Below, one piece after another: positions 1 to 9,480 of a DNA stretch of 64,000 bases (positions are counted from its first letter, which is position 1; each line of letters opens with the position of its first letter). The stretch comes from Deltaproteobacteria bacterium RIFCSPHIGHO2_02_FULL_40_28 (GTDB lineage Bacteria > UBA10199 > 2-12-FULL-40-28). The translations under genes and the position numbers were made by a program. Under the pieces are notes generated by a model. That model saw only the letters and a program-made list of their open reading frames with translations, ran no database searches and had not been told where the DNA came from. The stretch is from NCBI GenBank assembly GCA_001798135.1, contig MGRJ01000030.1, positions 321-64,320 on the forward strand, given 5' to 3'.

Positions 1-1
1 A

Positions 2-343
2 TCTGAAGGAGTAGTTGCCATAAAGGCTCCTTTCCGGTTGAACAAACAACATAAAGCTAAAATTAGAAAAGTATTTACTGAAATCACCAGTTCCAACGAG
101 CCTCTTTCAGATGAAAACATGGAATCATTCTTAAAGAGAACAACTCCTGATACAAATACCCCTATTGGCAAAATCAAGGGACTATTGGTTCTCTATAATT
201 GGACTCAAAAAAAATTAAGTGCCAAGTCTGGCCTATCGGTAAGCATTATTTGTGATATTTTAAAAAGCCGACGTCCTATTGGAGTAACAACCGCAAAGAA
301 ATTAGCTAGAGCGTTGAATGTAGATTATCATGATTTTTTGTAG
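2..343 (+). CDS. XRE-family HTH antitoxin-like protein; 5' end runs off the window
   Basis: Frame is open from base 2 (SEGVVAIKAPFRLNKQ...). C-terminal HTH (WTQKKLSAKSGLSVSIICDILKSRRPIGVTTAKKLARAL) resembles 58985..59350. Confidence 0.75.
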   Translation, partial: SEGVVAIKAPFRLNKQHKAKIRKVFTEITSSNEPLSDENMESFLKRTTPDTNTPIGKIKGLLVLYNWTQKKLSAKSGLSVSIICDILKSRRPIGVTTAKKLARALNVDYHDFL

Positions 344-420
344 AAAACAGAAACAGGTGCCAAGACTTTTAGTTCTTAGTTCCTTTTATCAATCAAATTC
401 TATATGGTATAAAAAAACAC

Positions 421-2157
421 ATGCGTTACGGTATTATTGGCAATTGTAAATCAGCAGCTTTGGTTAGTGAAAGGGGAAGTATCGATTGGTGCTGTTTACC
501 CAAATTTGATAGCGCTTCTGTTTTTGCTAAACTTCTTGATTCTAAGGGAGGAAGCTTTCAAATACAGGCAGCTTACGGTGGTACCGTTAAACAATACTAC
601 ATTCCCAAAACAAATATTCTTCAAACGGAATTTGATGACGGTACAAATGCGTTTGCTCTTATTGACTACATGCCTCGTTATCGGGAGGAAAAAGAATATT
701 TTAAACCGATAGAAATTCATCGCATTATTAAACCCTTGAAAGGCCGACCTGTTATCAAGGTAAATTTTGCTCCACGGCTAGATTATGCCCGTGGCAAAAC
801 TAATATTATCCCAAGAAAAGAACTTATTACTGCTTCACACGGACTTGAATCCATCTTTCTCTACTCAAGCCTACCCATCAACAAAATTATTTCAAGTGAG
901 GAAATTATACTAAATAAAGATCACTATTTCTTGCTCACTTATCATGAAAAAATAGAGTCACCCACCTTTCATTATATAAACAATTCATTTTTTAAAACTC
1001 GTGCTTATTGGGAAACATGGGCAGCCCATTGCCAATTGCCCAAGTTAGCTCAAGATTATGTTTTACGTTCAGCTTTAACTCTCAAACTCATGACCTATGA
1101 AGATTCAGGTGCTATTATTGCTGCTCCCACCACTTCTCTTCCTGAAATTATAGGTGATGTCAGAAATTGGGATTACCGTTTCTGCTGGCTGCGTGATGCT
1201 TCTTTGATGCTTGAAGCATTAAAAAGTATTGGTCATTTTGAAGAAGCTAAAGCTTTTATCCATTTTTTATTGCGCCTCTTTGAAAGCAAAAAATCTAAGG
1301 TGCAAATTGTTTACGGCATTGGTGGCAGAGGTCATTATGATGAAAAAATACTCAAACATCTCAAGGGCTATAAAAATTCAAAGCCTGTGAGGATTGGAAA
1401 CAAAGCTTTTGATATGCGTCAAAACGATATTTTTGGTGAAATTTTGAATACAATTTATCTTTACTACTTCCATTACAAAATTGAACAAATGCCAGATGAA
1501 GGATGGGCGCTTGTTAAGTTTTTGGTTAACACCATCTCACGTGATTGGGTTACTCCTGATGCTGGAATATGGGAATTTAGACACCGTGGTGCACATTTTA
1601 CCTTCTCGAAGGTTCTTTCATGGGCGGCCCTTGATCGTGGAATCAAAATTGCCCAAAAGTTAGACAAAAAATACGCCGTTTTAAACTGGACCCCAGTATG
1701 TGAAAAAATAAAAAAAGATATCAGAAAAAGAGGATGGAATAACAAACTCAAATCTTTCGTTCAGATTTATGGTTCAAATAATCTTGATGCTAGTCTTCTT
1801 TTGATACAACGTTATGGCTTTCTGAAAGCAGATGATGCAAGTTGGATTTCTACAGTACATCAATGTGAAAAAGCACTCATTCATAATGGTTTAGGATTTC
1901 GCTACACGAGCTACGATGACTTTGGAAAACCCAAAAGTGCGTTTATTGTGGCAACTTTATGGATAGCTAAAGCCCTACATTCCATTGGAGAAAAAGAGAA
2001 AGCTCTCGAAATATTCAAAAATGTACTAGCTCATTCTAATCATTTGGGACTTTTGTCAGAAGATATTGATCCAAAAACAGGAGAGCTTCTAGGAAATTTT
2101 CCTCAAGCATATTCTCATATGGCAGTTATTAATACAGCCATTGCGATGGAACAATAA
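421..2157 (+). CDS. Glycoside hydrolase family 15 (trehalase/glucoamylase-like)
   Basis: YGIIGNC..AALV..GSIDW, AAPTTSLPE, RNWDYRFCWLRDA, GIWEFR, GLLSEDID..GNFPQAYSH motifs; adjacent to otsAB. Confidence 0.9.
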   Translation: MRYGIIGNCKSAALVSERGSIDWCCLPKFDSASVFAKLLDSKGGSFQIQAAYGGTVKQYYIPKTNILQTEFDDGTNAFALIDYMPRYREEKEYFKPIEIHRIIKPLKGRPVIKVNFAPRLDYARGKTNIIPRKELITASHGLESIFLYSSLPINKIISSEEIILNKDHYFLLTYHEKIESPTFHYINNSFFKTRAYWETWAAHCQLPKLAQDYVLRSALTLKLMTYEDSGAIIAAPTTSLPEIIGDVRNWDYRFCWLRDASLMLEALKSIGHFEEAKAFIHFLLRLFESKKSKVQIVYGIGGRGHYDEKILKHLKGYKNSKPVRIGNKAFDMRQNDIFGEILNTIYLYYFHYKIEQMPDEGWALVKFLVNTISRDWVTPDAGIWEFRHRGAHFTFSKVLSWAALDRGIKIAQKLDKKYAVLNWTPVCEKIKKDIRKRGWNNKLKSFVQIYGSNNLDASLLLIQRYGFLKADDASWISTVHQCEKALIHNGLGFRYTSYDDFGKPKSAFIVATLWIAKALHSIGEKEKALEIFKNVLAHSNHLGLLSEDIDPKTGELLGNFPQAYSHMAVINTAIAMEQ

Positions 2158-2167
2158 TAATCATATT

Positions 2168-2953
2168 TTATGCTTGAACGGCATCAGCCCACCGAGCAAG
2201 AAACTCCAGAAGTTCCTCTGGAGGTTTAAGCCAGATATCAGCACTTGTGTTTCGAAAGTCAGACCGCACTAAAATAGCCAAACCATTTTTTTTGATGACT
2301 TTGAAAGCATCTTCGTCAGTCAAATCGTCTCCTAAATAAGCTACTTGAGTTTGAGGCCCTACTTCAGAAAGAACTGTTTCCACGGCTGTCCCTTTATTTC
2401 TACCTGGCGCACGCAATTCAAGCCCACCGTCAAAAGCTAGAAGCTGGAGACCTGTTTCCTTTGCCAACACAAGCCATTTTTCCTTGGCCTCCTGTAAAAT
2501 TTGTACTGCTTTATTTTTATCCATTCCCCTTACGTGCAAGGCCATACAAGCTGGTTTTTGTTCAATGTATGAAATCCATCCTTTTTCTTCTATCCAGGCA
2601 TCAGCTTCTACTAGCCCTTTAAGACAAAGCTCATCTATTTTTCCAATTTGACAAGTACCATCCGGCAAACATCTTTCCCATCCGTGAGAACCCCAAATTT
2701 CTGGATGAGTTGGAAGATTCAAAAGTGAAATTAAATCCAGTGGCCTTCTACCAGATATCAACACAAGATGTGTGCGAGAAGAAAAGAGAATTTTTTCGAG
2801 AAGTGCACACACGCCAGGATATGGATACGCTTTGTCTCGTTCGATACAAAATGGAGCTAGTGTACCATCATAGTCTAGAAAAAGAACTGAAGCAGAAGCT
2901 TTTTTTAGATGCTCAAAAAAAGAATCCATAACCATATTTTGTTGAATAGACAT
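2168..2953 (-). CDS. otsB: Trehalose-6-phosphate phosphatase (HAD)
   Basis: FLDYDGTL, ISGR, GSHGWE, YLGDDLTDEDAF motifs. Exact start Met uncertain. Confidence 0.9.
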   Translation of the reverse strand: MSIQQNMVMDSFFEHLKKASASVLFLDYDGTLAPFCIERDKAYPYPGVCALLEKILFSSRTHLVLISGRRPLDLISLLNLPTHPEIWGSHGWERCLPDGTCQIGKIDELCLKGLVEADAWIEEKGWISYIEQKPACMALHVRGMDKNKAVQILQEAKEKWLVLAKETGLQLLAFDGGLELRAPGRNKGTAVETVLSEVGPQTQVAYLGDDLTDEDAFKVIKKNGLAILVRSDFRNTSADIWLKPPEELLEFLARWADAVQA

Positions 2954-2989
2954 AACTTTTATAGAAGATTATAGGTTAAGCAAATATCT

Positions 2990-5209
2990 ATGAATAGACA
3001 AATTTTAAAATATAGCATGATCATTCTTGCTGTGTTCTGTGTGGGCATCCTTATTTTTTCTTATTCTCGTATTGTACAGGAGAAAGAAATTCTTTTAGAT
3101 GATCTTCATAGACGCGCAAAGATTATTGCAAAAAGTATGGCACCAGCTGCTCTGCGTCTCTTACAAAACCCACCTTTGGCCGATGAGGAAGATCTTGCCG
3201 AAAGAATTGCAGGTCAGGGTAGAACGATGGGAATTCTTCTTTGTGATTTTAAAGGGAACATGATTGCAAGATCTATTGCCCTGTTGGAAATAAAAGACTG
3301 TGAAAGTATAAATGAGAATAGGGTAGATAAATCTGAAGAAGAACAAATTCTTTTCCAGGAAGAAAAAGGTCTTGTTCTCCATAGTTTTATTTATCCACTT
3401 AAAAATCGTTCTAAAGCATTTTTAGGAATTCTTGTGGTTGTTCATGAAGCTTCTTACATTAACGAACGTGTAAGATCACTTGTTACATGGACAACATTCA
3501 GTGTTGCTATTCTGGCCCTTTTTCTTTCGGCAGCTACTTATTTTTTATCTCGTCGATTATTTCAAAATGCCATTGATAAATTGGTTGGCTGGATGAAATC
3601 AGAAAAAGAATCTCTCCCACCAGCTACTGAATCCCTTTTAAAACCAGTAACTCGTGAAGTAGAAAAACTTACAGCTCGGCTGCGTTCCGCCAGAGAAACA
3701 GCTCAAGAAATTTCTACTTCGTTAGCAAGTGATGTTTGGACTGCTTCTCGTTTGAAGGCACATGCACTTGCTCATTTTGGCAATCGCTCCATGATTGTAG
3801 TATCAAATCGCGAACCCTACATGCATATAAAAGAACATGGCCGAAGAAAAGTTGTGGTACCTGCTGGGGGTGTTGTAACAGCACTTGATCCAATATTACG
3901 TGCCACAAGTGGATTGTGGATTGCTCATGGAGCAGGAGATGCTGATCGGGAGGTCACAGACAAAGATGGAAAAATTTTGGTTCCTCCAGAGGCTCCCTTG
4001 TATACCTTAAAAAGAGTATGGCTTAGCAAAGAAGAAGAACAGGGTTACTATTATGGGTTTTCCAACGAGGCTCTTTGGCCACTATGTCATCTTACTCATC
4101 ACCGTCCTCATTTTGAGGAAAAAGATTGGTCAACTTACCAGCATGTTAATAGTATTTTTGCCAATGCCATATTTGGAGAGCTTGGCAAAGAAAAACCTTT
4201 TGTGTTGGTACAAGATTATCATTTTACTCTTTTACCAAAATTTGTGCGTGAAAAACGTGCAGATGCAGTTGTAGGGTTATTTTGGCATATTCCCTGGCCA
4301 ACAACTGAGATTTTTCAGATATGCCCATGGAAAAGGGAAATTTTAGAAGGAATGCTGGGTGCTCATTTTATCGGATTTCACCTTCAGTCCTACTGTACCC
4401 ATTTTTTAAATACAGTGAACAATTTACTTCCTGTCAGAATCGATTGGGACCGTTCTGCTATTATTCATGAAAAAGGAACTACATTTGTGAAACCTTTTCC
4501 CATCAGTATCGAACCCTGGACCGACAAAGGAATACCAGGAGATGAAAAAATCCAGAAAAAAATGGATGCTTTCAAAGAAGAACTTGATTTAAAGGATAAA
4601 CGATTGGTGATAAGTGTTGACAGGTTAGATTATACAAAGGGCATTCCTGAGCGCTTGGGGGCTATCGATCGTTTTCTAGAAAAATATCCTGCATTTAAAG
4701 AAAAAATTAGTTTTGTGCAACTGGTTAGTCCTTCGCGTATTCATATTCCGCGTTATCGCGATTTGGTGAAAGAGATTGAAGAAATCACGGATCGAATCAA
4801 TTGGAAACATGGCACAGACAAATGGAAACCAGTTCTTCTTTTAAAAGAACATCACAATAGCGAAACTGTTTACACATTTCTACGTATGGCAGATGTGTGC
4901 ATTGTTAGTTCTTTGGCCGATGGAATGAATTTGGTAGCCAAGGAATTTGTGGCAGCTCGTAATCATGATGATGGTGTGCTTATCCTTTCAGAATTTACGG
5001 GTGTTGCCCGAGAATTTCAAGAAGCTCTTCAGGTGAACCCCTATGCACGTGCAGATTTTGCTGAAACTATTCATGTTGCCCTTAACATGCCTATTGAGGA
5101 ACAAAAGCGTTGCATGATACGGATGAAAGCAAAAGTTACCGAAAATAATGTTTATCGATGGGCAGCAGATTTAATTAGCGAAATGCTTCATTCCGAAGAA
5201 ACTTCCTAA
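2990..5209 (+). CDS. otsA: Trehalose-6-phosphate synthase (GT20) with N-terminal two-TM sensor-like extension
   Basis: VSNREP, GGVVTAL, VQDYHF, FWHIPWP, VDRLDYTKGIPER, DGMNLVAKEF motifs; the first ~250 aa carry two hydrophobic helices. Confidence 0.9.
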   Translation: MNRQILKYSMIILAVFCVGILIFSYSRIVQEKEILLDDLHRRAKIIAKSMAPAALRLLQNPPLADEEDLAERIAGQGRTMGILLCDFKGNMIARSIALLEIKDCESINENRVDKSEEEQILFQEEKGLVLHSFIYPLKNRSKAFLGILVVVHEASYINERVRSLVTWTTFSVAILALFLSAATYFLSRRLFQNAIDKLVGWMKSEKESLPPATESLLKPVTREVEKLTARLRSARETAQEISTSLASDVWTASRLKAHALAHFGNRSMIVVSNREPYMHIKEHGRRKVVVPAGGVVTALDPILRATSGLWIAHGAGDADREVTDKDGKILVPPEAPLYTLKRVWLSKEEEQGYYYGFSNEALWPLCHLTHHRPHFEEKDWSTYQHVNSIFANAIFGELGKEKPFVLVQDYHFTLLPKFVREKRADAVVGLFWHIPWPTTEIFQICPWKREILEGMLGAHFIGFHLQSYCTHFLNTVNNLLPVRIDWDRSAIIHEKGTTFVKPFPISIEPWTDKGIPGDEKIQKKMDAFKEELDLKDKRLVISVDRLDYTKGIPERLGAIDRFLEKYPAFKEKISFVQLVSPSRIHIPRYRDLVKEIEEITDRINWKHGTDKWKPVLLLKEHHNSETVYTFLRMADVCIVSSLADGMNLVAKEFVAARNHDDGVLILSEFTGVAREFQEALQVNPYARADFAETIHVALNMPIEEQKRCMIRMKAKVTENNVYRWAADLISEMLHSEETS

Positions 5210-5265
5210 ACTAATAAAAAATAAAAGGTGCCGCCCTTCCAGCACCATAACAAGTTCGTGTAAGC

Positions 5266-5276
5266 GTGCCTGGCAC
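5266..5276 (+). repeat. GTGCCTGGCAC palindromic site, copy 1
   Basis: taagcGTGCCTGGCACcaat, downstream of hicB. Confidence 0.9.
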
Positions 5277-5296
5277 CAATACGTTGTTGAGGCATA

Positions 5297-5629
5297 TTAT
5301 TGATCCATCACTCTTGAGAGAATGTATTGATTAATCGAAACACCCTGCTCAGCAGCCTGAGTTGCTAATTGACGATGAACTTCTGGGGAGGTTCTTAATG
5401 TTAAATTACCCTTGAATTGCTTTGTTGAAAATGGTTCTGGAATTTCTTCTTTGTCATCCTTCATCCATTTAAGCGTGGCCGACACAACTTTTTTAATAGC
5501 TTTAATGGCCATCTCGATTTTTTTGCCGTGGGCTTTAAGGGTAGGTAACTCAAGACAAGTTGCAATATGGGCATTATCCTCTTCGGACCATTCAACGCGG
5601 TAGGTATATTTATCTACAAGGTCTTTCAT
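5297..5629 (-). CDS. hicB: HicB-family antitoxin
   Basis: YTYRVEWSEEDNAHIATCLELP..AHG and C-terminal FKGNLTLRTSPEVHRQLA..GVSINQY; start moved to MKDLVDK. Confidence 0.85.
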   Translation of the reverse strand: MKDLVDKYTYRVEWSEEDNAHIATCLELPTLKAHGKKIEMAIKAIKKVVSATLKWMKDDKEEIPEPFSTKQFKGNLTLRTSPEVHRQLATQAAEQGVSINQYILSRVMDQ

Positions 5630-5735
5630 TTTTGCAATGACTCCCTCTAATTCTTGGTTTTCCAAAGTAATGAATACAAATATTTAACAGATCCTTAAAT
5701 CTTACATTCTTTGGATTTGCCAGATCCTCTAGCAT
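5610..5735 (-). pseudogene. hicA: Truncated HicA toxin (41 codons)
   Basis: Hand translation MLEDLANPKNVRFKDLLNICIHYFGKPRIRGSH then runs out of frame into hicB; C-terminal half missing. Confidence 0.75.
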
Positions 5736-5740
5736 AAAAG

Positions 5741-5769
5741 ATGATAGCATATGCGCTATCACATTACAA
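5741..5769 (-). promoter_or_regulatory. hicAB promoter with palindromic operator
   Basis: Minus strand TTGTAA-17-TATCAT-5 nt-ATG; overlapping GATAGC-N6-GCTATC. Confidence 0.6.
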
Positions 5770-5810
5770 CCCGATTATTTGCTTAAAAAAATAGGTTCCG
5801 ATTTGCAAGC

Positions 5811-5821
5811 GTGCCTGGCAT
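5811..5821 (+). repeat. GTGCCTGGCAC site, copy 2 (GTGCCTGGCAT)
   Basis: tttgcaagcGTGCCTGGCATcaag. Confidence 0.85.
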
Positions 5822-5835
5822 CAAGCTTCAACATT

Positions 5836-6069
5836 TTACGCTGCTTTCAGACGCTTTATTCCATCTGCTATCAAAAGACGCATAAGAACTTGATAAGGCA
5901 CGCCTCGTTTGTCGGCGAGTGATTTTAATTCATCAAGCAGTTCTTCCTCAAGAGCAACGCTTGTTGGCTTTCGACGATTGCCCTTCAATCGTCTCATGCC
6001 TGCAATAATTGCTTTGGGATCAAAATCAATCCGATCATAAACTTTCAATCTTTTTACATATTTCTTCAT
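5836..6069 (-). CDS. CopG/BrnA-like ribbon-helix-helix antitoxin
   Basis: KPTSVALEEELLDELKSLADKRGVPYQVLMRLLI pattern. Confidence 0.75.
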   Translation of the reverse strand: MKKYVKRLKVYDRIDFDPKAIIAGMRRLKGNRRKPTSVALEEELLDELKSLADKRGVPYQVLMRLLIADGIKRLKAA

Positions 6070-6104
6070 AAAGTTTGCCAGATTATGAATTTAAACTGAG
6101 CCAT
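6066..6104 (-). pseudogene. 12-codon remnant of a toxin (BrnT-like by context)
   Basis: MAQFKFIIWQTL*; its stop overlaps the antitoxin start (ATGA); preceded by TTGCCA-17-TACTAT and palindrome TATAGT-AC-ACTATA. Confidence 0.5.
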
Positions 6105-6151
6105 GTATAACACTATAGTACACTATACTAATGGGGTTGGCAAGTTATTTT

Positions 6152-6178
6152 GGGCAACCACAAGGGGGTTGCCCCTAC
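6152..6178. repeat. GTAG-type REP half element
   Basis: GGGCAACC-acaaggg-GGTTGCCC-CTAC; near-identical at ~38165 and ~54189. Confidence 0.75.
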
Positions 6179-6269
6179 GGGTTTTAATTATAATTATATA
6201 AAAAGAAAAGGCCCGCCGATTTGTAACAACCAACAGGCCTCTTTTAGAGGGAGGTAGACTGATAAACTT

Positions 6270-6779
6270 TTAAGCCGCCGCTACTTCTTCTTTCTTATGA
6301 GAAAGGGTTTTAATTTTTCTTTCCAAAGAATTTACCTTACGGTTCAATTCATCCACTTCATCCTTACTGGGAATTGAAAAAAGTTTAAAAACTTGACGAC
6401 GTGTATTTTGTGCTGCATCAACAGCTTTTTCTAACAAACCATACGACTGAAACTTTTGTACTAATTCGTCCACACTGCCTCTTACTTCGTTAATAAGCCC
6501 GCGGGCTGCATCTAAATCAACTTTCTTAATGTTGGCCAAAATTTCATCAGCTACCTTTTTTACTTCTTTAGATAACTCTGTGGAACTAATCTTACCAACA
6601 ATCTCATCAAAATTCTTTTTAATGAGCTTGCTTGATTTTTCGCTGCGTTTTTTCAAATGACCTAACGCTTTTTCTACTTCACCTTCCAACTTAGCAATAA
6701 CTTCATTAATTTTCCCCAATCTGTCCTTTAAGAACTGATTATGAGCTTGTTTTGATTTATTCTTTACGGGCATTGGCAA
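6270..6779 (-). CDS. Helical protein with PhaF/PhaI phasin-like C-terminus
   Basis: Amphipathic helices; FSIPSKDEVDELNRKVNSLERKI resembles phasin-family C-termini. Confidence 0.45.
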   Translation of the reverse strand: MPMPVKNKSKQAHNQFLKDRLGKINEVIAKLEGEVEKALGHLKKRSEKSSKLIKKNFDEIVGKISSTELSKEVKKVADEILANIKKVDLDAARGLINEVRGSVDELVQKFQSYGLLEKAVDAAQNTRRQVFKLFSIPSKDEVDELNRKVNSLERKIKTLSHKKEEVAAA

Positions 6780-6861
6780 CCTCCAAGTAGATGTTTAATG
6801 TTAAAAAGAACTAACACAACGCGTCATGAAGTGTCAACACAAAAAATAACGCAATGCATTA

Positions 6862-8550
6862 TTAAATAATTTGGAAGTCAGCAACCTCTAAAACCAGGTG
6901 AGTTTGCCCTTTAAAAGTGTTTTTTCGGAAGCGAAACACCAGGTTTAAGGGGGGGATGGGAATGGGAAAACGCTCTGCCATACCAAAGGCAATGGCCTCT
7001 ATGCTCTTTTGCTCAGAACTCACATAAAACTTAACATGTTTCTTACCAACTATTTGATGTGAATCGATTTTTATCCCGTTTAAACAAAAAAGTGGTTCGG
7101 GATTACCTTGCCCAAAAGGACCTAACAAGCCCATTTCTTTTAATAAACGATCTTCAATTTCAGAAAATCCAATGAGGGCATCAATAGAAAGCGTCTTGCC
7201 CCTGGGTTGTAAATTTTTAGCTACGGCTTTTCCAAAAGCTTCTTTGAAGGAAACTAAATTTTCTGGTTTTAAGGTAAGCCCAGCTGCCATTTCATGCCCT
7301 CCAAATTTTTCAAGCAGGCTTTCACATTCTTTTAAACAGGCAACCAAATGAATACCAGAAATAGACCGGGCAGAGCCTTTTAATAATCCGTTTTCTTCCG
7401 TTAATAAAATAACAGGTTTTGAAAATCTGTGAACCAAACGTGAAGCTACAATTCCTAAAACACCCGCATGCCACTGGTTTGATTTTAAAACTAAAACGGG
7501 ATCTGAGTTTTGGGCTTGGGCTTGCAACAAAGCTTCATCAAGAATTTTTTCTTCGATCACTCTTCTTTCATCATTAGCTTGATTGAGAGTATCAGCTAAT
7601 TGGAAAGCTTCTTCTTTTTTTTGAGTGGTTAAAAGCCTCACCCCCAGAGAAGCATCGTAGAGTCTGCCAGCTGCATTAATTCGTGGCCCTAAACGAAAAC
7701 CCAGATGATGGGCTGTGATCTCACTTCCAGAGGTAAGGCCAGAAACTTGACAAAGGGCAAAAAATCCAGGCCATTCTGTATTTTGAAGCGAGGCTAATCC
7801 ATACCGCACAAAAAGCCGATTGATGCCAACCAAAGGAACTACATCAGCAACAGTAGCCAAGGCTACAAACTCTAAATATTTTTTGAGGTTGGGTTCTTTT
7901 TCAAAATAATTTTTTTGTCTTAAAGCCTGCCTTAAGGCCATGATTAAATTAAAAGCCACTCCCGTTCCGCAAATATGTTTATCGGGATATTCACACCCGG
8001 CCTGAAGAGGATTAATAATGGCAAAAGCAGGTGGAAGTTTTTTTGGAATCTGATGATGATCGGTAATAATAATATCCATCCCCATTTGTATCCCAGCTGC
8101 AACTTCATCTACAGCAGCAATGCCATTATCAACGGTAATAATAAGATTGGCTCCTTCGTTTTTAAGCTTCTCTAGAGCAGAAAGATTAAGCGAATACCCT
8201 TCCTTAATGCGGTGAGGAATATAATAAAAAATGGGATAACCAATCTCAGCAAAAAACAGCATCAGCATCGAAGTAGCCGAGGTACCATCCACATCGTAAT
8301 CTCCATAAATAACAATCTTTTCTTTGGATTCTATAGCCTGGATAATACGAGCTATAGTAACTCTCATGTCTTTTAACAAAAAGGGATCAGGAAAATCTTT
8401 TAAACTCTGATTTAAAAAAAAGCGGGCTTGGCTTGCTTCTGTTAACCCACGATTAAAAAGCACACGGGCTGTAGGTAAACTAACACCCAACTCACGCGAT
8501 AAGGCATTAACCGCATCTAGAGGTTGAGTAAGAACATCCCAATTTTTCAT
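6862..8550 (-). CDS. recJ: ssDNA-specific exonuclease RecJ
   Basis: YGDYDVDG, TVDNG, ITDHH, ATVADVVPL, GPRINAAGR, GSARS, FGGHEMAAG. Confidence 0.97.
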   Translation of the reverse strand: MKNWDVLTQPLDAVNALSRELGVSLPTARVLFNRGLTEASQARFFLNQSLKDFPDPFLLKDMRVTIARIIQAIESKEKIVIYGDYDVDGTSATSMLMLFFAEIGYPIFYYIPHRIKEGYSLNLSALEKLKNEGANLIITVDNGIAAVDEVAAGIQMGMDIIITDHHQIPKKLPPAFAIINPLQAGCEYPDKHICGTGVAFNLIMALRQALRQKNYFEKEPNLKKYLEFVALATVADVVPLVGINRLFVRYGLASLQNTEWPGFFALCQVSGLTSGSEITAHHLGFRLGPRINAAGRLYDASLGVRLLTTQKKEEAFQLADTLNQANDERRVIEEKILDEALLQAQAQNSDPVLVLKSNQWHAGVLGIVASRLVHRFSKPVILLTEENGLLKGSARSISGIHLVACLKECESLLEKFGGHEMAAGLTLKPENLVSFKEAFGKAVAKNLQPRGKTLSIDALIGFSEIEDRLLKEMGLLGPFGQGNPEPLFCLNGIKIDSHQIVGKKHVKFYVSSEQKSIEAIAFGMAERFPIPIPPLNLVFRFRKNTFKGQTHLVLEVADFQII

Positions 8551-8553
8551 GAT

Positions 8554-9480
8554 CTACCTTTTGGTTGTCTTCATAGCCCTTATTCCCTGATGCGGAAACA
8601 AATGGCAAAGGCCCAAGTAACAAGGAGAAGCAATAAATACGGTGGAATAAGTTCCTGCAATAATTCCCACAATCATACTAAAAGCAAAATCATGCAAGAC
8701 AGCTCCACCCAAAAAATAAAGAATCAGAACCGCAAATAAAACAGTGAGAGAAGTAACAATGGTACGAGACATGGTTTCGGAAATAGACTGATCCAAAATA
8801 TCCCCCAGAGGAGTTGATGAGGGAAGTTTTTTCAAATTTTCACGAACACGATCGTAAATAACAATGGTATCGTTAATGGAATAACCAGTAATGGTTAAAA
8901 GGGCTGCTAAAATGGGGAGATTAAATTCTTTCCCGAAAAAAATAAAAAAACCAATTGTAATCATCACATCATGTAAAAGAGCAATAACAGCTCCAGGCGC
9001 AAATAAAAAATCAAAACGAAATCCAATATACACCAAAATAAGAAGCCATGTGAGAACAATGGCAAAAAAACCTCTTCTCCTCAGCTCTGCACCTACTTTG
9101 GGTCCCACAAATTCTTCAGAAATGAGTGTAAAAGAACTTAAAGAGGTATTTTTAGATAAATTCTCCGAAATTTCCTTGGGAAGATTACGTCCAGGTTGAT
9201 CTTTTACTTTAAGCAGATAAGTATTATCTTCTTTTTTGCCATAGATCACAATTTGAGCTTCACCTAAACTTAAACCTTCCATCACTTCACGAATTTTGTT
9301 TTCGGAAACGTTTTCTTTGAATTGATAAACAAGTTTAATACCACCTTTAAAATCAACACCAAAATTAAATCCCTTAAAAGCAAGCATGTAAAAACTAGCG
9401 AGCATAAAAAGAATAGAAACAGAAAAAAAATGCCATCTATACCGCATAAATGGAAAAATAGAGGAAGATGAATGTGTCAT
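8554..9480 (-). CDS. secF: Protein translocase subunit SecF
   Basis: GVDFKGG, EFVGPKVG, GYSINDTIVIYDRVREN. Confidence 0.97.
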   Translation of the reverse strand: MTHSSSSIFPFMRYRWHFFSVSILFMLASFYMLAFKGFNFGVDFKGGIKLVYQFKENVSENKIREVMEGLSLGEAQIVIYGKKEDNTYLLKVKDQPGRNLPKEISENLSKNTSLSSFTLISEEFVGPKVGAELRRRGFFAIVLTWLLILVYIGFRFDFLFAPGAVIALLHDVMITIGFFIFFGKEFNLPILAALLTITGYSINDTIVIYDRVRENLKKLPSSTPLGDILDQSISETMSRTIVTSLTVLFAVLILYFLGGAVLHDFAFSMIVGIIAGTYSTVFIASPCYLGLCHLFPHQGIRAMKTTKR

